64,000 nt of DNA from Patescibacteria group bacterium (GCA_004297215.1 SCUM01000001.1:219642-283641); one strand, 5' to 3'; positions 44,520 through 54,086 are shown, counted from the first letter of the stretch. Notes: a model not told the origin generated them from the letters alone. Numbers and translations: made by a program.

Positions 44520-44540
44520 TTATCCATGTTCTGTGGATAA
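44520..44540. promoter_or_regulatory. inverted pair of DnaA-box-like 9-mers (TTATCCATG ... TGTGGATAA) in mraZ/doxX divergent region
   Basis: TGTGGATAA is a perfect match to the E. coli DnaA R-box. Seen directly. Confidence 0.35.
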
Positions 44541-44556
44541 CTAATCATTCCCCACT

Positions 44557-44952
44557 ATGATGTACGGATACTTCATGGCCGGCGGCCTGGGCATGCTCGC
44601 CTTGCGCCTTGCCCTTGCCGCGATCTTCATCGTCCACGGCCTCCCCAAGATCCAAAAGCCCGAGGGCATGGCAACGGCGATGAAATGGTCGAAAACGCAG
44701 GTGCAGGTGCTGGGCATCGCGGAGCTCGTGGGCGGATTGGCCGTTGGCACGGGGATTGCCATGAGCCTTGGCGCGCTCGTGCTCGCGGCGGTCATGGTGG
44801 GCGCGATCTACTACAAGACCCAGGTGTGGAAGACGCCGTTCACGGCGCACGACAAGATGGGCTGGGAGTTCGACCTCATCCTGCTCGCCGCGGCGCTCGC
44901 GGTGTGGTCCTCTTCCGGTTGGGGCTGGGGGATGATGGGCCGCTGGTACTAG
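44557..44952 (+). CDS. DoxX-family membrane protein
   Basis: 131 aa with a 4-TM DoxX pattern. Confidence 0.6.
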   Translation: MMYGYFMAGGLGMLALRLALAAIFIVHGLPKIQKPEGMATAMKWSKTQVQVLGIAELVGGLAVGTGIAMSLGALVLAAVMVGAIYYKTQVWKTPFTAHDKMGWEFDLILLAAALAVWSSSGWGWGMMGRWY

Positions 44953-44957
44953 GCAAC

Positions 44958-44988
44958 CAAAACGCCCGGCGCGTGCCGGGCGTTTTTA
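44958..44988 (+). terminator. intrinsic terminator ACGCCCGGC-GCGTG-CCGGGCGT + T5
   Basis: Seen directly. Confidence 0.8.
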
Positions 44989-44998
44989 TGTCGCCTTA

Positions 44999-45232
44999 CT
45001 ACGATTTCCGCAATCCCACCATTCCGCCGAGAATAGCGCCGAGGACCGAGCCGCCGATCATCGCGATTTGTACCGGAAGACCCTCGACGCCTGGTTCACC
45101 GCCTGGCAGGACGCTCGCGAGACCAATGATGAGATAGAGGAACAGGATGCCGCACACCATTCCGATCAGCCCCCCAAGGACAGCATGGATGGTGGTGACC
45201 GTAAGCGGATCGCGCTTGAGATCGTAGGACAT
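44999..45232 (-). CDS. small Gly-zipper membrane protein (77 aa)
   Basis: ORF with two hydrophobic helices. Confidence 0.4.
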   Translation of the reverse strand: MSYDLKRDPLTVTTIHAVLGGLIGMVCGILFLYLIIGLASVLPGGEPGVEGLPVQIAMIGGSVLGAILGGMVGLRKS

Positions 45233-45241
45233 ACGTTCGAA

Positions 45242-46591
45242 TTACCTTTTTCCTAAAGACTTTTTCCCTCGCACGTTGCGATGGTACTTTACCGCGAACC
45301 GGTGCGCCTCGTCACGGACGGCCTGGAACAGCTCTTTGCCGCGATGGATGACCTTCACGAGCTCGGCATCGTCCTTGTCATACACCAGTCGATCCTGACG
45401 ACGATCGAACCCCTTCGCGATTCCCAGCACATGAAGCTCCTCAAGCTCCCCAAGCTCCTCGATTACTCCCTCGACGGTGTTCACCTGCCCCTCTCCCCCG
45501 TCGATCACCATCACCTGCGGCAGCTCCCATCCCTTCTCGCCGCGGATGCCGCGCACGAGGCGACGGCGCACCACCTCGGCCATGGACGCGAAATCGTTGG
45601 CGCCCTCGACCGTCTTTACCCTGAACGTGCGGTACAGCGTCTTGTCCGGACGGCCTTCCACGAACACGGTCATGGACGCCACGTTCGACGTGCCGGAGAT
45701 GTTGCTGATGTCGAACGCCTCGATGCGGCCGTCCAGGTCGATTCCCCCGTCCGTTTCGGGCTTCGAGAACGGGAGCTCCACGTCCTCGCGCGTGATGAGC
45801 GCCACGTCGCGGATGTGCTCGAGCGCATAAATCCCGTTACGCAACTTTGCCGCCTCCTCAAACTGATTCGCTTTCGCCGCCGCTTTCATGTCGCGTTCCA
45901 TCTGACTGACAAGGAGCGCCTTCCTCCCCTCAAAGAACAGCACGAACCGACGTATGATCTTCCTGTAGTCTGCGGACGAGATCGCTCCCGTACACACGCC
46001 CGGACAGCGGCCGAGGTGGACGTCGAAGCAGGGGCGGGAGTTGGTATGTGGGAGTTGGGAGTTGGTATGCGCAGGCGGGATGCAGGTACTCCACGGAATC
46101 ACCTTGCGGATGAGGTCGAGCGCGCGCTTCAGGGACAGGCCGCTCGTGTACGGGCCGAAGACGCGAAGGAACTTCTTTTTCGCGGCGCCGGAGAGCGCGG
46201 CGTCGAACGGGTTCACGCCCAGCTTCTCGAGCTCGTGGCCGCGCATGATGAGCGGGCGCGGGAATCTCTCGTTGGTGACGACGAGATAATTGAACGTCTT
46301 GTCGTCCGTCATCAGCACGTTGTAGTACGGCTTGAGCGCCTTGATCTTATTCGCTTCAAGCACGAGCGCCTCGATCACCGTGGGCGTCTCCACGTAGTCG
46401 ATGCGGGCGATCCGACCGACCATTTCCGCGAGACGGGCGTTGTGCGCCTTGGTGAAATACGACGCGACGCGTTTCTTGAGCGAGGTGGCCTTGCCGACGT
46501 ACAGCAACGCGTCGGCCGCGTCGTAATAGAAATACACCCCGGGAGAATCGGGGAGCGAACCGTCCTTGATGGTTATGGATGCCGGGAGCAT
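45242..46591 (-). CDS. uvrC: excinuclease ABC subunit C, lacking C-terminal (HhH)2 domain
   Basis: GIY-YIG N-terminus (PGVYFYYD..LYVGKA), a UvrBC domain and an RNase H-like domain. Starts at the internal Met. Carries a small in-frame tandem duplication. Confidence 0.85.
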   Translation of the reverse strand: MLPASITIKDGSLPDSPGVYFYYDAADALLYVGKATSLKKRVASYFTKAHNARLAEMVGRIARIDYVETPTVIEALVLEANKIKALKPYYNVLMTDDKTFNYLVVTNERFPRPLIMRGHELEKLGVNPFDAALSGAAKKKFLRVFGPYTSGLSLKRALDLIRKVIPWSTCIPPAHTNSQLPHTNSRPCFDVHLGRCPGVCTGAISSADYRKIIRRFVLFFEGRKALLVSQMERDMKAAAKANQFEEAAKLRNGIYALEHIRDVALITREDVELPFSKPETDGGIDLDGRIEAFDISNISGTSNVASMTVFVEGRPDKTLYRTFRVKTVEGANDFASMAEVVRRRLVRGIRGEKGWELPQVMVIDGGEGQVNTVEGVIEELGELEELHVLGIAKGFDRRQDRLVYDKDDAELVKVIHRGKELFQAVRDEAHRFAVKYHRNVRGKKSLGKR

Positions 46592-46625
46592 AATTGCTTC
46601 AATTGATACTAGCCTCAAACTCGCT

Positions 46626-47030
46626 ATGAAGAAAGCGCTCCTCGTCCTGTCCGCCCTCGCGCTCGCCGGCGCCGGATGCTCATCGGCCGCCCCCGCCACG
46701 ACCGAAACGGCCCCGACGCCGTCCATCGCGGTTGGCGAACCGAACCCGTCGGCTCCGGACGGGGACGTCCTCAAGGTGGACATGGAGGTCGGCAATTTCT
46801 TCTTCTCTCCGACGACCATCACGGCCAAGGCCGGGCAAAAGGTGGACATCACGTTCACCAAGAACGAGGGGTTCCACACCTTCGTGATCGACGGGGTCGC
46901 CAAGCTCCCGATCGCGGTGGGAACGACAAAGTCGTTCACGGTGCCGACCGCGCCGGGCTCTTACGAATTCTGGTGCGACGTGGGGAGCCACAAGGCCAAG
47001 GGCATGGTCGGCACCTTGATCGTGGAATAG
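46626..47030 (+). CDS. cupredoxin (type-1 blue copper) lipoprotein
   Basis: Lipobox LAGAGC. Copper ligands H..C...H...M (FWCDVGSHKAKGM). Confidence 0.75.
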   Translation: MKKALLVLSALALAGAGCSSAAPATTETAPTPSIAVGEPNPSAPDGDVLKVDMEVGNFFFSPTTITAKAGQKVDITFTKNEGFHTFVIDGVAKLPIAVGTTKSFTVPTAPGSYEFWCDVGSHKAKGMVGTLIVE

Positions 47031-47031
47031 T

Positions 47032-47445
47032 GTGACCGCTTTCGCCATCCTCTTCACCATGGCCGCGATCGGCATTGCCGAGACGAGCTACCTCATCCGC
47101 GCCCGCAAGGCGGCCGAACGGCCGGTGTGCGTGCTCGTGAACGGGTGTTCCAAGGTGCTTGAGAGCCGGTACAATTCCCTCTTCGGTGTGCACAACGACC
47201 TGCTGGGCCTCGCGTTCTACCTCGCGATGAGCGCCCTTACCGCGCTGCTGGTGATAGGCGCCGGTCCGGTGCCGTGGTGGGAACTGGGCGCCAAGCTCCT
47301 GGTGGGCGGCGGCCTGGTCATGTCTGCGGCGCTCACCTTCATCCAATGGCGCGTCCTCAAGGCCTGGTGCTTCTGGTGCCTCATGTCAGCCGGCACGGTG
47401 CTCGTCATGGCCCTTGTCCTCTTGCCTGCGGCCTTGTCCGCCTGA
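47032..47445 (+). CDS. VKOR-family membrane protein (second copy)
   Basis: Loop Cys pair VNGC and a CFWC active site. The last 7 aa plus stop come from a REP copy. Confidence 0.7.
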   Translation: MTAFAILFTMAAIGIAETSYLIRARKAAERPVCVLVNGCSKVLESRYNSLFGVHNDLLGLAFYLAMSALTALLVIGAGPVPWWELGAKLLVGGGLVMSAALTFIQWRVLKAWCFWCLMSAGTVLVMALVLLPAALSA

Positions 47446-47458
47446 GGCCTTCAATGCC
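47426..47458. repeat. REP-like R-arm copy (CTGCGGCCTTGTCCGCCTGAGGCCTTCAATGCC)
   Basis: Family core. It provides the VKOR stop codon. Confidence 0.75.
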
Positions 47459-47849
47459 TATCCCTATGTCAAAACCTTCCGCCTACCACATCATGCGCGT
47501 CGCAATGGGGATCACCTTCGCCTGGATCGGCATCCTCATCTTCAAAGAGCCGGAATCTTGGGGCGGGTTCATCCAGCCTTGGGCCGCGAACCTCCTCCCC
47601 GTCCCGCTCGAACTCGCCATGATCGGCACGGCCGTGCTCGACCTCGCTATCGGCTTGCTCCTGCTCGTGGACGCGTTCGTCTGGATCGCCGCGACCGTGG
47701 CCGTTGCGCATCTCGCCATCGTCCTTACCGTGTCCGGCATCGATTCCGTCACCGTGCGCGACATCGGGCTTCTCGGCGCCGCCATCATGCTGTTCTGGGA
47801 AGACGCGCCCGAGACGCTCAAGGCGAAATTCCGCCGATTCCAGCACTAG
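47454..47849 (+). CDS. DoxX-family membrane protein
   Basis: 131 aa with multiple TMs. Start at the internal Met immediately after the REP copy. Confidence 0.5.
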   Translation: MPIPMSKPSAYHIMRVAMGITFAWIGILIFKEPESWGGFIQPWAANLLPVPLELAMIGTAVLDLAIGLLLLVDAFVWIAATVAVAHLAIVLTVSGIDSVTVRDIGLLGAAIMLFWEDAPETLKAKFRRFQH

Positions 47850-47940
47850 GCGACCGAAACCGTTTCGTCCACCGCTCGTCGGGGTTGACCCGCGGGCGGT
47901 TTTCGTCTATCATTGCGATTCCACGTATGGAGGCACGTGC

Positions 47941-48294
47941 ATGAAGCAAGATGACGCCGGAGGCGATCGCCCTGACAACCGGATCGACAGCTACGACGCG
48001 CTCGTGGAAGAAGCCGCGAAACGCCGGATCCGCAGTGCCGAAGGGTACGACCGGGCGGCGCGCGAAGACCCGCAGTTCCCGGCGCAGCCGTACTACGCGT
48101 TCCGCGAAGAATGGAAGCTCCACGGCGACTGGCCGGGGTTCCTCAAGAGGGTCGACGCGCACATGAAGCTCGGCGCCAGGAAATCGTCCAAGCGCATCCC
48201 GCCGCCGAGGATTCCGCCGCACGCGGTGCGCGCCAAGGATCCGGCGATCCGCGGACGTCTCGTGCGCGTCGCGGGCGCGGACATCGAGGACTGA
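47941..48294 (+). CDS. hypothetical protein (117 aa), paralog of next gene
   Basis: Shares a Y..DP..P..P..Y..F...KGGW..FLG-like core with 48415..48969. Confidence 0.45.
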   Translation: MKQDDAGGDRPDNRIDSYDALVEEAAKRRIRSAEGYDRAAREDPQFPAQPYYAFREEWKLHGDWPGFLKRVDAHMKLGARKSSKRIPPPRIPPHAVRAKDPAIRGRLVRVAGADIED

Positions 48295-48414
48295 CTTCCT
48301 CCTCGCCCGTCGGACCGCCGCCTCCACGCAAGGGGCGGCTTTTTCTTCATCATCCCATTGACACGGACGCGAGGTTCCGATAGAACGGACGGAGCCCCCT
48401 TGAAAGGAGGCCGC

Positions 48415-48969
48415 ATGGACGACCGAGCAAGGCGCGATACGCCGCCGTATGAGACGTTCGAGGAGGCCTCCGCGGAGGCGCGCGCCCTTGGGACGCGGAA
48501 CCGGTTGGAATACGACTACTTCGTCGAGCTCCGGCTCGACCCGCGGCTTCCGGAACATCCGGCCGCCCAGTATCTGGACTTCCACGAAAAGGGCGGATGG
48601 GACGCGTTCCTCGGCAAGACGCCGATCGTCCGGCCGAAGCCGCAACCGCCTCGCCCCGCGTCCCAGACGCCCGAGCCGGAACCGCCGGCCCCGACTCCGG
48701 CGCCTGCACCGCCAATGGCACGACCGGAACCGGAAGCGGTCGTGATGCCCAGCGGCGCCAAGGCGTCGGTGCGCACCGGACGGCCGAAACGGCTCAAGCC
48801 GCCGCCGGCCGTGGAGGCGCACGAGGAACCGCTTCCGGTCGCGAAAAAGCCTCCGCCGGAACCCAAGAAGCCGTCCGTGCCGCGGATGCGCCGCAACGAC
48901 CTCAAGAGCGAAGAAGCCAAACGCGTGTTCGATATGTTCTCCTGCATCACGGGAGACTGGGACGACTGA
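48415..48969 (+). CDS. hypothetical protein (184 aa) with Pro-rich basic C-terminal extension
   Basis: AGGAGG SD 5 nt upstream of the ATG. Paralogous N-domain. Confidence 0.55.
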   Translation: MDDRARRDTPPYETFEEASAEARALGTRNRLEYDYFVELRLDPRLPEHPAAQYLDFHEKGGWDAFLGKTPIVRPKPQPPRPASQTPEPEPPAPTPAPAPPMARPEPEAVVMPSGAKASVRTGRPKRLKPPPAVEAHEEPLPVAKKPPPEPKKPSVPRMRRNDLKSEEAKRVFDMFSCITGDWDD

Positions 48970-49032
48970 ACGAGGTCCTTCGCCGCTGACGCGTCTCTGG
49001 ATGACCGGATCCTCTGCGGATCCGGTCATTTT

Positions 49033-51591
49033 TCATTTCAGCAACCGCTTGAGGTAATGGCCGGTGGCGCTCCTCGCGTTGCGCGCGATGTCCTCGGGCG
49101 TGCCCGTGGCCACGACCTCCCCGCCCTTGTCGCCGCCCTCGGGGCCGAGGTCGATGATCCAGTCCGCGGTCTTGATCACGTCGAGGTTGTGCTCGATGAC
49201 GACCACGGTGTTCCCCTTCTTGACCAGCGTATGGAGGACCTCCAGCAGCTTCCGCACGTCCGCGAAGTGCAGTCCTGTCGTCGGCTCGTCGAGCAAGTAC
49301 AGCGTGCGGGTGGTCGAGCGCTTGCACAATTCGCTCGACAGCTTCACGCGCTGCGCTTCCCCGCCCGACAAGGTCGTCGCGCTTTGGCCGATCTTGAGGT
49401 AGCCGAGGCCGACTTCGACCAGGGTGTCGAACTTGTCCGCGATGGGCGAGATGTCCTTGAAGAACTCCGCGCCTTCCTCGACCGTCATCTCGAGGACATC
49501 CCAGATGTTCTTCTCCTTGAATTGCACCTCGAGCGTCTCGCGGTCGAACCGCTTGCCGCGGCACACCTCGCACGCCACGTGCACCGTGGGGAGGAAATGC
49601 ATCTCGATCGCGATCGTGCCGTGGCCCTCGCAGTTCTCGCACCGGCCGCCCGGCGTGTTGAAGCTGAAGCGCCCCGGCTTGTACCCGCGGAAGCGCGCCT
49701 CCTCGGTGGCCGCGTACAGGTCGCGGATGGGGCCCCAGGCTCCGGTGTAGGTGGCCGGGTTGCTGCGCGGCGTGCGGCCAATCGGCCCCTGGTCGATGAG
49801 GATCGCCTTGTCGATGTATTCGATGCCGAGTACGGCCTTGTGCTTGCCGGGCGTATGCGCCGTGCCGTAGAGGCGCCGCGCGATCTCCTTGTACATCGTC
49901 TCGTACGCGAGCGTGGATTTGCCCGAGCCGGATACCCCCGTGATGCACACGAAGCGACGCAACGGCAGGTCCACGTCCACGTTCTTCAAGTTGTTCTCTG
50001 AGGCCCCGCGTATCTTGATGACGTCCTTGGCCGGGCTGCGGCGCTCCTCGGGGACCGGCACCATCTCGTCGCCGCGCAGATAGGCGGCCGTGAGCGACTT
50101 CTTGTCCTCGAAGATCTTGGGCGTGGGCCCGGCGGCCACCACTTCCCCGCCGTGCACGCCCGCTCCCGGCCCGATCTCGATCATGTAGTCGCTGGCGCGG
50201 ATCGTGTCCTCGTCATGTTCGACGACAAGCACGGTGTTGCCCGCGTCGCGCAGTTGCAGCAGCGTCTCGATGAGGCGGTCGTTGTCGCGCTGGTGAAGTC
50301 CGATCGTGGGCTCGTCGAGCACGTACAAGGCGCCCACGAGGCGCGAACCGACCTGGCTCGCGAGACGGATGCGCTGCGCCTCGCCGCCCGAGAGCGTTCC
50401 GGCCATGCGGTTCAGCGTAAGGTAATGCAGCCCCACGTCGAGCATGAAGGTGAGGCGCGAAAGCACCTCCTTCATGGCCGCGCCCGAGATCTCCTTCTCG
50501 CGCTCCGACAGCAGAAGCGTCGACAGGTACGAATGCGCTTGGTCGATCGAGAGCTTCGTGAGGTCGACAATCGACATCCCTGCGGCCTTCCTGCCTGGGG
50601 CCTTGTCCGCCTTGCCCCCCGGCAGCCAGACGTGCAGCGCCTCCTTTCTCAGTCGGTCGCCCGTGCACAACCCGCACAGCTCCTCGCTGAACAGCTCGGC
50701 CGTGCCCAGGCCGTGGCACTCGGGGCAGGCGCCGTAGGGCGAGTTGAACGAGAACAGGCGCGGCTCGATTTCGGGGAACGAGAACCCGTCGTCCGGGCAG
50801 GAGAACTTGGCGGAAAGCAATTGTTCGCGCCCGTCCGGGAAGATCGCCGTCACCACGTCCTCGCCGCGCTCCACGGCCTGTACCAGCGCGTCAGCCAGGC
50901 GTTGGCGCGCGGCCTTCTCGTCCTTGGCGAACAGCGAGAGCGCGATCGTGTCCACCACCACTTCGATCGTGTGCTGCTGGTAGCGCGACAGCTTGATCTG
51001 CTTGCTCAAGTCGTATTCCTTGCCGTCGATGCGCACCTTGGCGAACCCGGAGTTGTAGAGGTCGTACAGCAGCTGGTAGTACTCCCCCTTGCGCCCGCGG
51101 ACCATCGGGGCCAGAATCTTAATCGATCCCTTCCCCCCTTCGGTCCCTTCGGCCACTCCGGCCCCTTTCAGCACCACGTCCACCATCTCTTCATTGGTCA
51201 GCTTCCGGATCTCCTTCTTGCAGGTGACGCAATGCGGCACGCCGATGCGCGCGTACAGCACGCGCAGGTAGTCGTAGATTTCCGTGATCGTGGCCACGGT
51301 CGATCGCGGGTTGCTGGAGTGCGCCTTCTGGTCGATGGAAATGGCCGGCGACAGCCCTTCGATCTCGTCCACGTCCGGCTTTTCCATCTGCCCCAGGAAC
51401 TGCCGGGCGTACGCGGACAGGGACTCGACGTACCGGCGCTGCCCCTCGGCGAAGATGGTGTCGAACGCGAGCGAAGACTTCCCCGAGCCCGAAAGCCCCG
51501 TGATGGTCACGAGCTTGTTGCGCGGGATGTCGAGCGAGATGTTCTTGAGGTTATGCTCGCGCGCGCCCTTGATGCGGATGGAATCGTTCAT
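49033..51591 (-). CDS. uvrA: excinuclease ABC subunit A
   Basis: Two ABC modules (GLSGSGKSS / GVSGSGKST) and zinc fingers. Contains an in-frame REP segment (..[14 protein letters not shown]..). Confidence 0.92.
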   Translation of the reverse strand: MNDSIRIKGAREHNLKNISLDIPRNKLVTITGLSGSGKSSLAFDTIFAEGQRRYVESLSAYARQFLGQMEKPDVDEIEGLSPAISIDQKAHSSNPRSTVATITEIYDYLRVLYARIGVPHCVTCKKEIRKLTNEEMVDVVLKGAGVAEGTEGGKGSIKILAPMVRGRKGEYYQLLYDLYNSGFAKVRIDGKEYDLSKQIKLSRYQQHTIEVVVDTIALSLFAKDEKAARQRLADALVQAVERGEDVVTAIFPDGREQLLSAKFSCPDDGFSFPEIEPRLFSFNSPYGACPECHGLGTAELFSEELCGLCTGDRLRKEALHVWLPGGKADKAPGRKAAGMSIVDLTKLSIDQAHSYLSTLLLSEREKEISGAAMKEVLSRLTFMLDVGLHYLTLNRMAGTLSGGEAQRIRLASQVGSRLVGALYVLDEPTIGLHQRDNDRLIETLLQLRDAGNTVLVVEHDEDTIRASDYMIEIGPGAGVHGGEVVAAGPTPKIFEDKKSLTAAYLRGDEMVPVPEERRSPAKDVIKIRGASENNLKNVDVDLPLRRFVCITGVSGSGKSTLAYETMYKEIARRLYGTAHTPGKHKAVLGIEYIDKAILIDQGPIGRTPRSNPATYTGAWGPIRDLYAATEEARFRGYKPGRFSFNTPGGRCENCEGHGTIAIEMHFLPTVHVACEVCRGKRFDRETLEVQFKEKNIWDVLEMTVEEGAEFFKDISPIADKFDTLVEVGLGYLKIGQSATTLSGGEAQRVKLSSELCKRSTTRTLYLLDEPTTGLHFADVRKLLEVLHTLVKKGNTVVVIEHNLDVIKTADWIIDLGPEGGDKGGEVVATGTPEDIARNARSATGHYLKRLLK
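50578..50614. repeat. REP-like R-arm copy inserted in-frame in uvrA
   Basis: CTGCGGCCTTCCTGCCTGGGGCCTTGTCCGCCTT. Confidence 0.75.
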
Positions 51592-51597
51592 ACGGAT

Positions 51598-51668
51598 AGG
51601 CGGTAAGGCTTCAGGCGTGAAGGCCTTAGGATTTCCTGAGGCCTTGTCCGCCTGAGGCCTTCTTGCCT
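51598..51668. repeat. full-length REP-like element in uvrA-uvrB junction; encodes the last ~12 aa of UvrB
   Basis: AGGCGGTAAGGCTTCAGGCGTGAAGGCCTTAGGATTTCCTGAGGCCTTGTCCGCCTGAGGCCTTCTTGCC. Confidence 0.8.
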
Positions 51669-53692
51669 TTCAGTTCTCTCATCAGATACACGATTTCGTC
51701 GCGCAGGATGGCGGCGGTCTCGAAGTCGAGCTCCTTGGCCGCGACCTTCATTTGTTTCTCTTTCTCCTTGATGACGGCCTCGATCTCATGCGGCTCGGCT
51801 ACCATCTCGATGTCGAGGATCTTCTCGACCGTCGCATCCGGATCGGCGCCGAGCATGGCGCGGATGTCCTTGATCTTCTTTTGAATCGTCTTGGGGGTGA
51901 TGCCGTGCTCCGCGTTGTGCGCGAGCTGGATCTTGCGGCGGCGGTCGGTCTCGCGGATGGCGCTCTTGAGCGAGCCGGTCATCTGGTCGGCGTAGAGGAT
52001 CACCTTGCCGTCCACGTTGCGCGCCGCGCGGCCGATCGTTTGGATGAGCGACGTCTCGGAGCGCAGGAACCCTTCCTTGTCCGCGTCGAGGATGGCGACG
52101 AGCGTGACTTCCGGCAGGTCGAGCCCTTCGCGCAGCAGGTTCACGCCCACCAGCACGTCGTAGGTGCCCTTGCGGAAATCCGTAAGGACCGTGATGCGGT
52201 CGAGCGTGCTCACGTCGGAGTGGAGGTATTGCACCTTGATGTCCTTCTCCTTCAGGAACTCCGTGAGGTCCTCGGCCATCTTCTTGGTGAGCGTGGTGAC
52301 CAGCGTGCGCTCGTTCTTGGCCGCCCGCGCGACGATCTCGCCTATCAGGTCTTCGACCTGCCCCTTTCCGCCCTTTCCGTCTTTTCCACCCTTTCCGGAA
52401 ACCGGCCGCACTTCCACGGCCGGGTCAACCAGCCCGGTCGGACGGATGATCTGTTCGACCGTCTGCGCCGACACCTTGTGCTCGAACAGGCCCGGCGTGG
52501 CCGAGACGAACACGGCCTGGCCGATCTTCTTTTCGAATTCCTGCCATTTGAGCGGGCGGTTGTCGCGCGCGCTCGGGAGGCGGAACCCGTGGTCGATGAG
52601 CGTGTTCTTGCGCGCCTGGTCGCCGTTATACATCCCGCCCACTTGCGGGACCGTGACATGCGACTCGTCCACGAATAGCAGGAAATCTTCCGGGAAGTAA
52701 TCGAGCAGGGTGTACGGCGGCTCCCCGGCCTTGCGTCCGTCGAAATGGCGCGAATAGTTCTCGATGCCGTTGCAGTACCCCACGTTCTGGATCATCTCGA
52801 TGTCATAGCGCGTGCGGCGCTTGAGGCGTTCGGCCTCAAGCGGCTTCCCTTCGGCCTCCAGTTCCTTGAGCCGTTCGTCGAGCTCGCGGCGCATGTCCGT
52901 AAGCGCGCGTTCCTTGGTCCGTTCCGGGACCACGTAGTGCTTGGCCGGGAATAGCCATTCGTCCTGGCGCGACGCCTTGTGCGAACGCGTCACCGGGTCG
53001 AGCTCGTCGATGCGCGAAGCCGTGTCGCCCTCGAAGGAGATGCGGTAGATGATCTCCTCGTTCATGGGCATCACCTCCATCACGTCGCCGCGCACGCGGT
53101 AGCTGCCGCGCTTCAAGTCCGCCGTGGTGCGCTCGAACTGCATGTCCACGAGCCGGCTCATCGTCTCTTCGCGATTCGATCCCTGCCCTGAGCCTGTCGA
53201 AGGGTCGCCGACCTTGAGATGCAGCACCTCCTTCTTGTACTCGGTGGGCGAGCCGAGGCCGTAGATGCAGGAGACGGACGCCACGATGATCGTGTCTCGT
53301 CGGGAAAGGATGGCCGACGTTGCCGCGTGGCGCAGGCGGTCGATCTCGTCGTTGATCATCGCCTCCTTTTCGATGTACGTGTCGGTGCGCGGCAGATACG
53401 CCTCCGGCTGGTAGTAGTCGTAGTACGACACGAAATACTCCACCGCGTTCTCCGGGAAGAACTCCCGGAACTCGTTGCACAGCTGCGCCGCCAGCGTCTT
53501 GTTATGCGCGAGCACGAGCGCCGGCCGCTGCGTCTGTTGGATGACGTTGGCCATCGTGAACGTCTTTCCCGAGCCGGTGACGCCAAGCAGCGTCTGGAAG
53601 CGGTCCTTGGACTTCAAGCCTGCGACCAACTGTTCGATGGCTTTCGGCTGGTCGCCAGCAGGTATATACGGAGCCTTCAGTTTGAATTTCAT
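51626..53692 (-). CDS. uvrB: excinuclease ABC subunit B
   Basis: Helicase motifs ([12 protein letters not shown]), a beta-hairpin and a UVR domain. Contains an in-frame GK-rich tandem-repeat insertion. Confidence 0.92.
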   Translation of the reverse strand: MKFKLKAPYIPAGDQPKAIEQLVAGLKSKDRFQTLLGVTGSGKTFTMANVIQQTQRPALVLAHNKTLAAQLCNEFREFFPENAVEYFVSYYDYYQPEAYLPRTDTYIEKEAMINDEIDRLRHAATSAILSRRDTIIVASVSCIYGLGSPTEYKKEVLHLKVGDPSTGSGQGSNREETMSRLVDMQFERTTADLKRGSYRVRGDVMEVMPMNEEIIYRISFEGDTASRIDELDPVTRSHKASRQDEWLFPAKHYVVPERTKERALTDMRRELDERLKELEAEGKPLEAERLKRRTRYDIEMIQNVGYCNGIENYSRHFDGRKAGEPPYTLLDYFPEDFLLFVDESHVTVPQVGGMYNGDQARKNTLIDHGFRLPSARDNRPLKWQEFEKKIGQAVFVSATPGLFEHKVSAQTVEQIIRPTGLVDPAVEVRPVSGKGGKDGKGGKGQVEDLIGEIVARAAKNERTLVTTLTKKMAEDLTEFLKEKDIKVQYLHSDVSTLDRITVLTDFRKGTYDVLVGVNLLREGLDLPEVTLVAILDADKEGFLRSETSLIQTIGRAARNVDGKVILYADQMTGSLKSAIRETDRRRKIQLAHNAEHGITPKTIQKKIKDIRAMLGADPDATVEKILDIEMVAEPHEIEAVIKEKEKQMKVAAKELDFETAAILRDEIVYLMRELKGKKASGGQGLRKS

Positions 53693-53832
53693 AAAAATTA
53701 TCCTTCCCTACCACCTACCCACTACCCCCTAACTTATGCGCAAACGCCCCGAGAGCCAGGGCTCTAGGGGGTATGTGAACGGATTGTGGGGACAGGCTAT
53801 CGGGAATCAGGCGAGTTGTCCACAATCTGATG

Positions 53833-53861
53833 TTGACGGAAAACACTTTTTAGCATATGCT
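53833..53861 (+). promoter_or_regulatory. sigma70-like promoter TTGACG-17nt-TATGCT
   Basis: Hexamers seen upstream of the tRNA region. Confidence 0.4.
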
Positions 53862-53912
53862 GTTCTCATCCAGGTGAGGTTCATGGTTGAATCCTCTCGG
53901 TGTCACATAAAA

Positions 53913-53942
53913 CGACCCTCTGAAATGAGGGGCGTTTTTTGT
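53913..53942 (+). terminator. hairpin + T6 between promoter and tRNA (attenuator or end of a short transcript)
   Basis: CGACCCTC-TGAAAT-GAGGGGCG followed by TTTTTT. Confidence 0.45.
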
Positions 53943-53962
53943 TCGTACCCTGGGCAGATCGT

Positions 53963-54038
53963 GGGCCCATGGAAGTAGTGGCAACTTCACCTGGATTGAC
54001 ACCGGGAGTCGCGGGTTCGATTCCCGCTGGGTCCACCA
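53963..54038 (+). tRNA. tRNA with atypical anticodon loop ATTGACA (nominal anticodon UGA, Ser-reading) but class-I architecture and alanine-like acceptor identity (G3:U70, A73)
   Basis: Hand-folded. Acceptor GGGCCCA/TGGGTCC, D-stem GAAG/CTTC, anticodon stem CCTGG/CCGGG, T-arm GCGGG-TTCGATT-CCCGC, and CCA. Followed by a terminator. Confidence 0.6.
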
Positions 54039-54046
54039 GCCCGGGA

Positions 54047-54086
54047 CCAACCGCCCCGCCCATTTGGGCGGGGTTGGAACCCTTTT
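54047..54086 (+). terminator. GC-rich hairpin (CCAACCGCCCCGCCC-ATTT-GGGCGGGGTTGG) + T-run
   Basis: Seen directly after the tRNA. Confidence 0.6.

Noticed and set aside
53736-53978. 80-aa ORF spanning promoter, terminator hairpin and tRNA 5' end
   Set aside because: It reads through an intrinsic terminator and into the tRNA. Implausible as coding.
53700-54038. tmRNA (ssrA) hypothesis for the tRNA-like 3' end
   Set aside because: A complete cloverleaf, including D-arm and anticodon arm, is present within 76 nt. No mRNA-like domain or tag reading frame is evident upstream.
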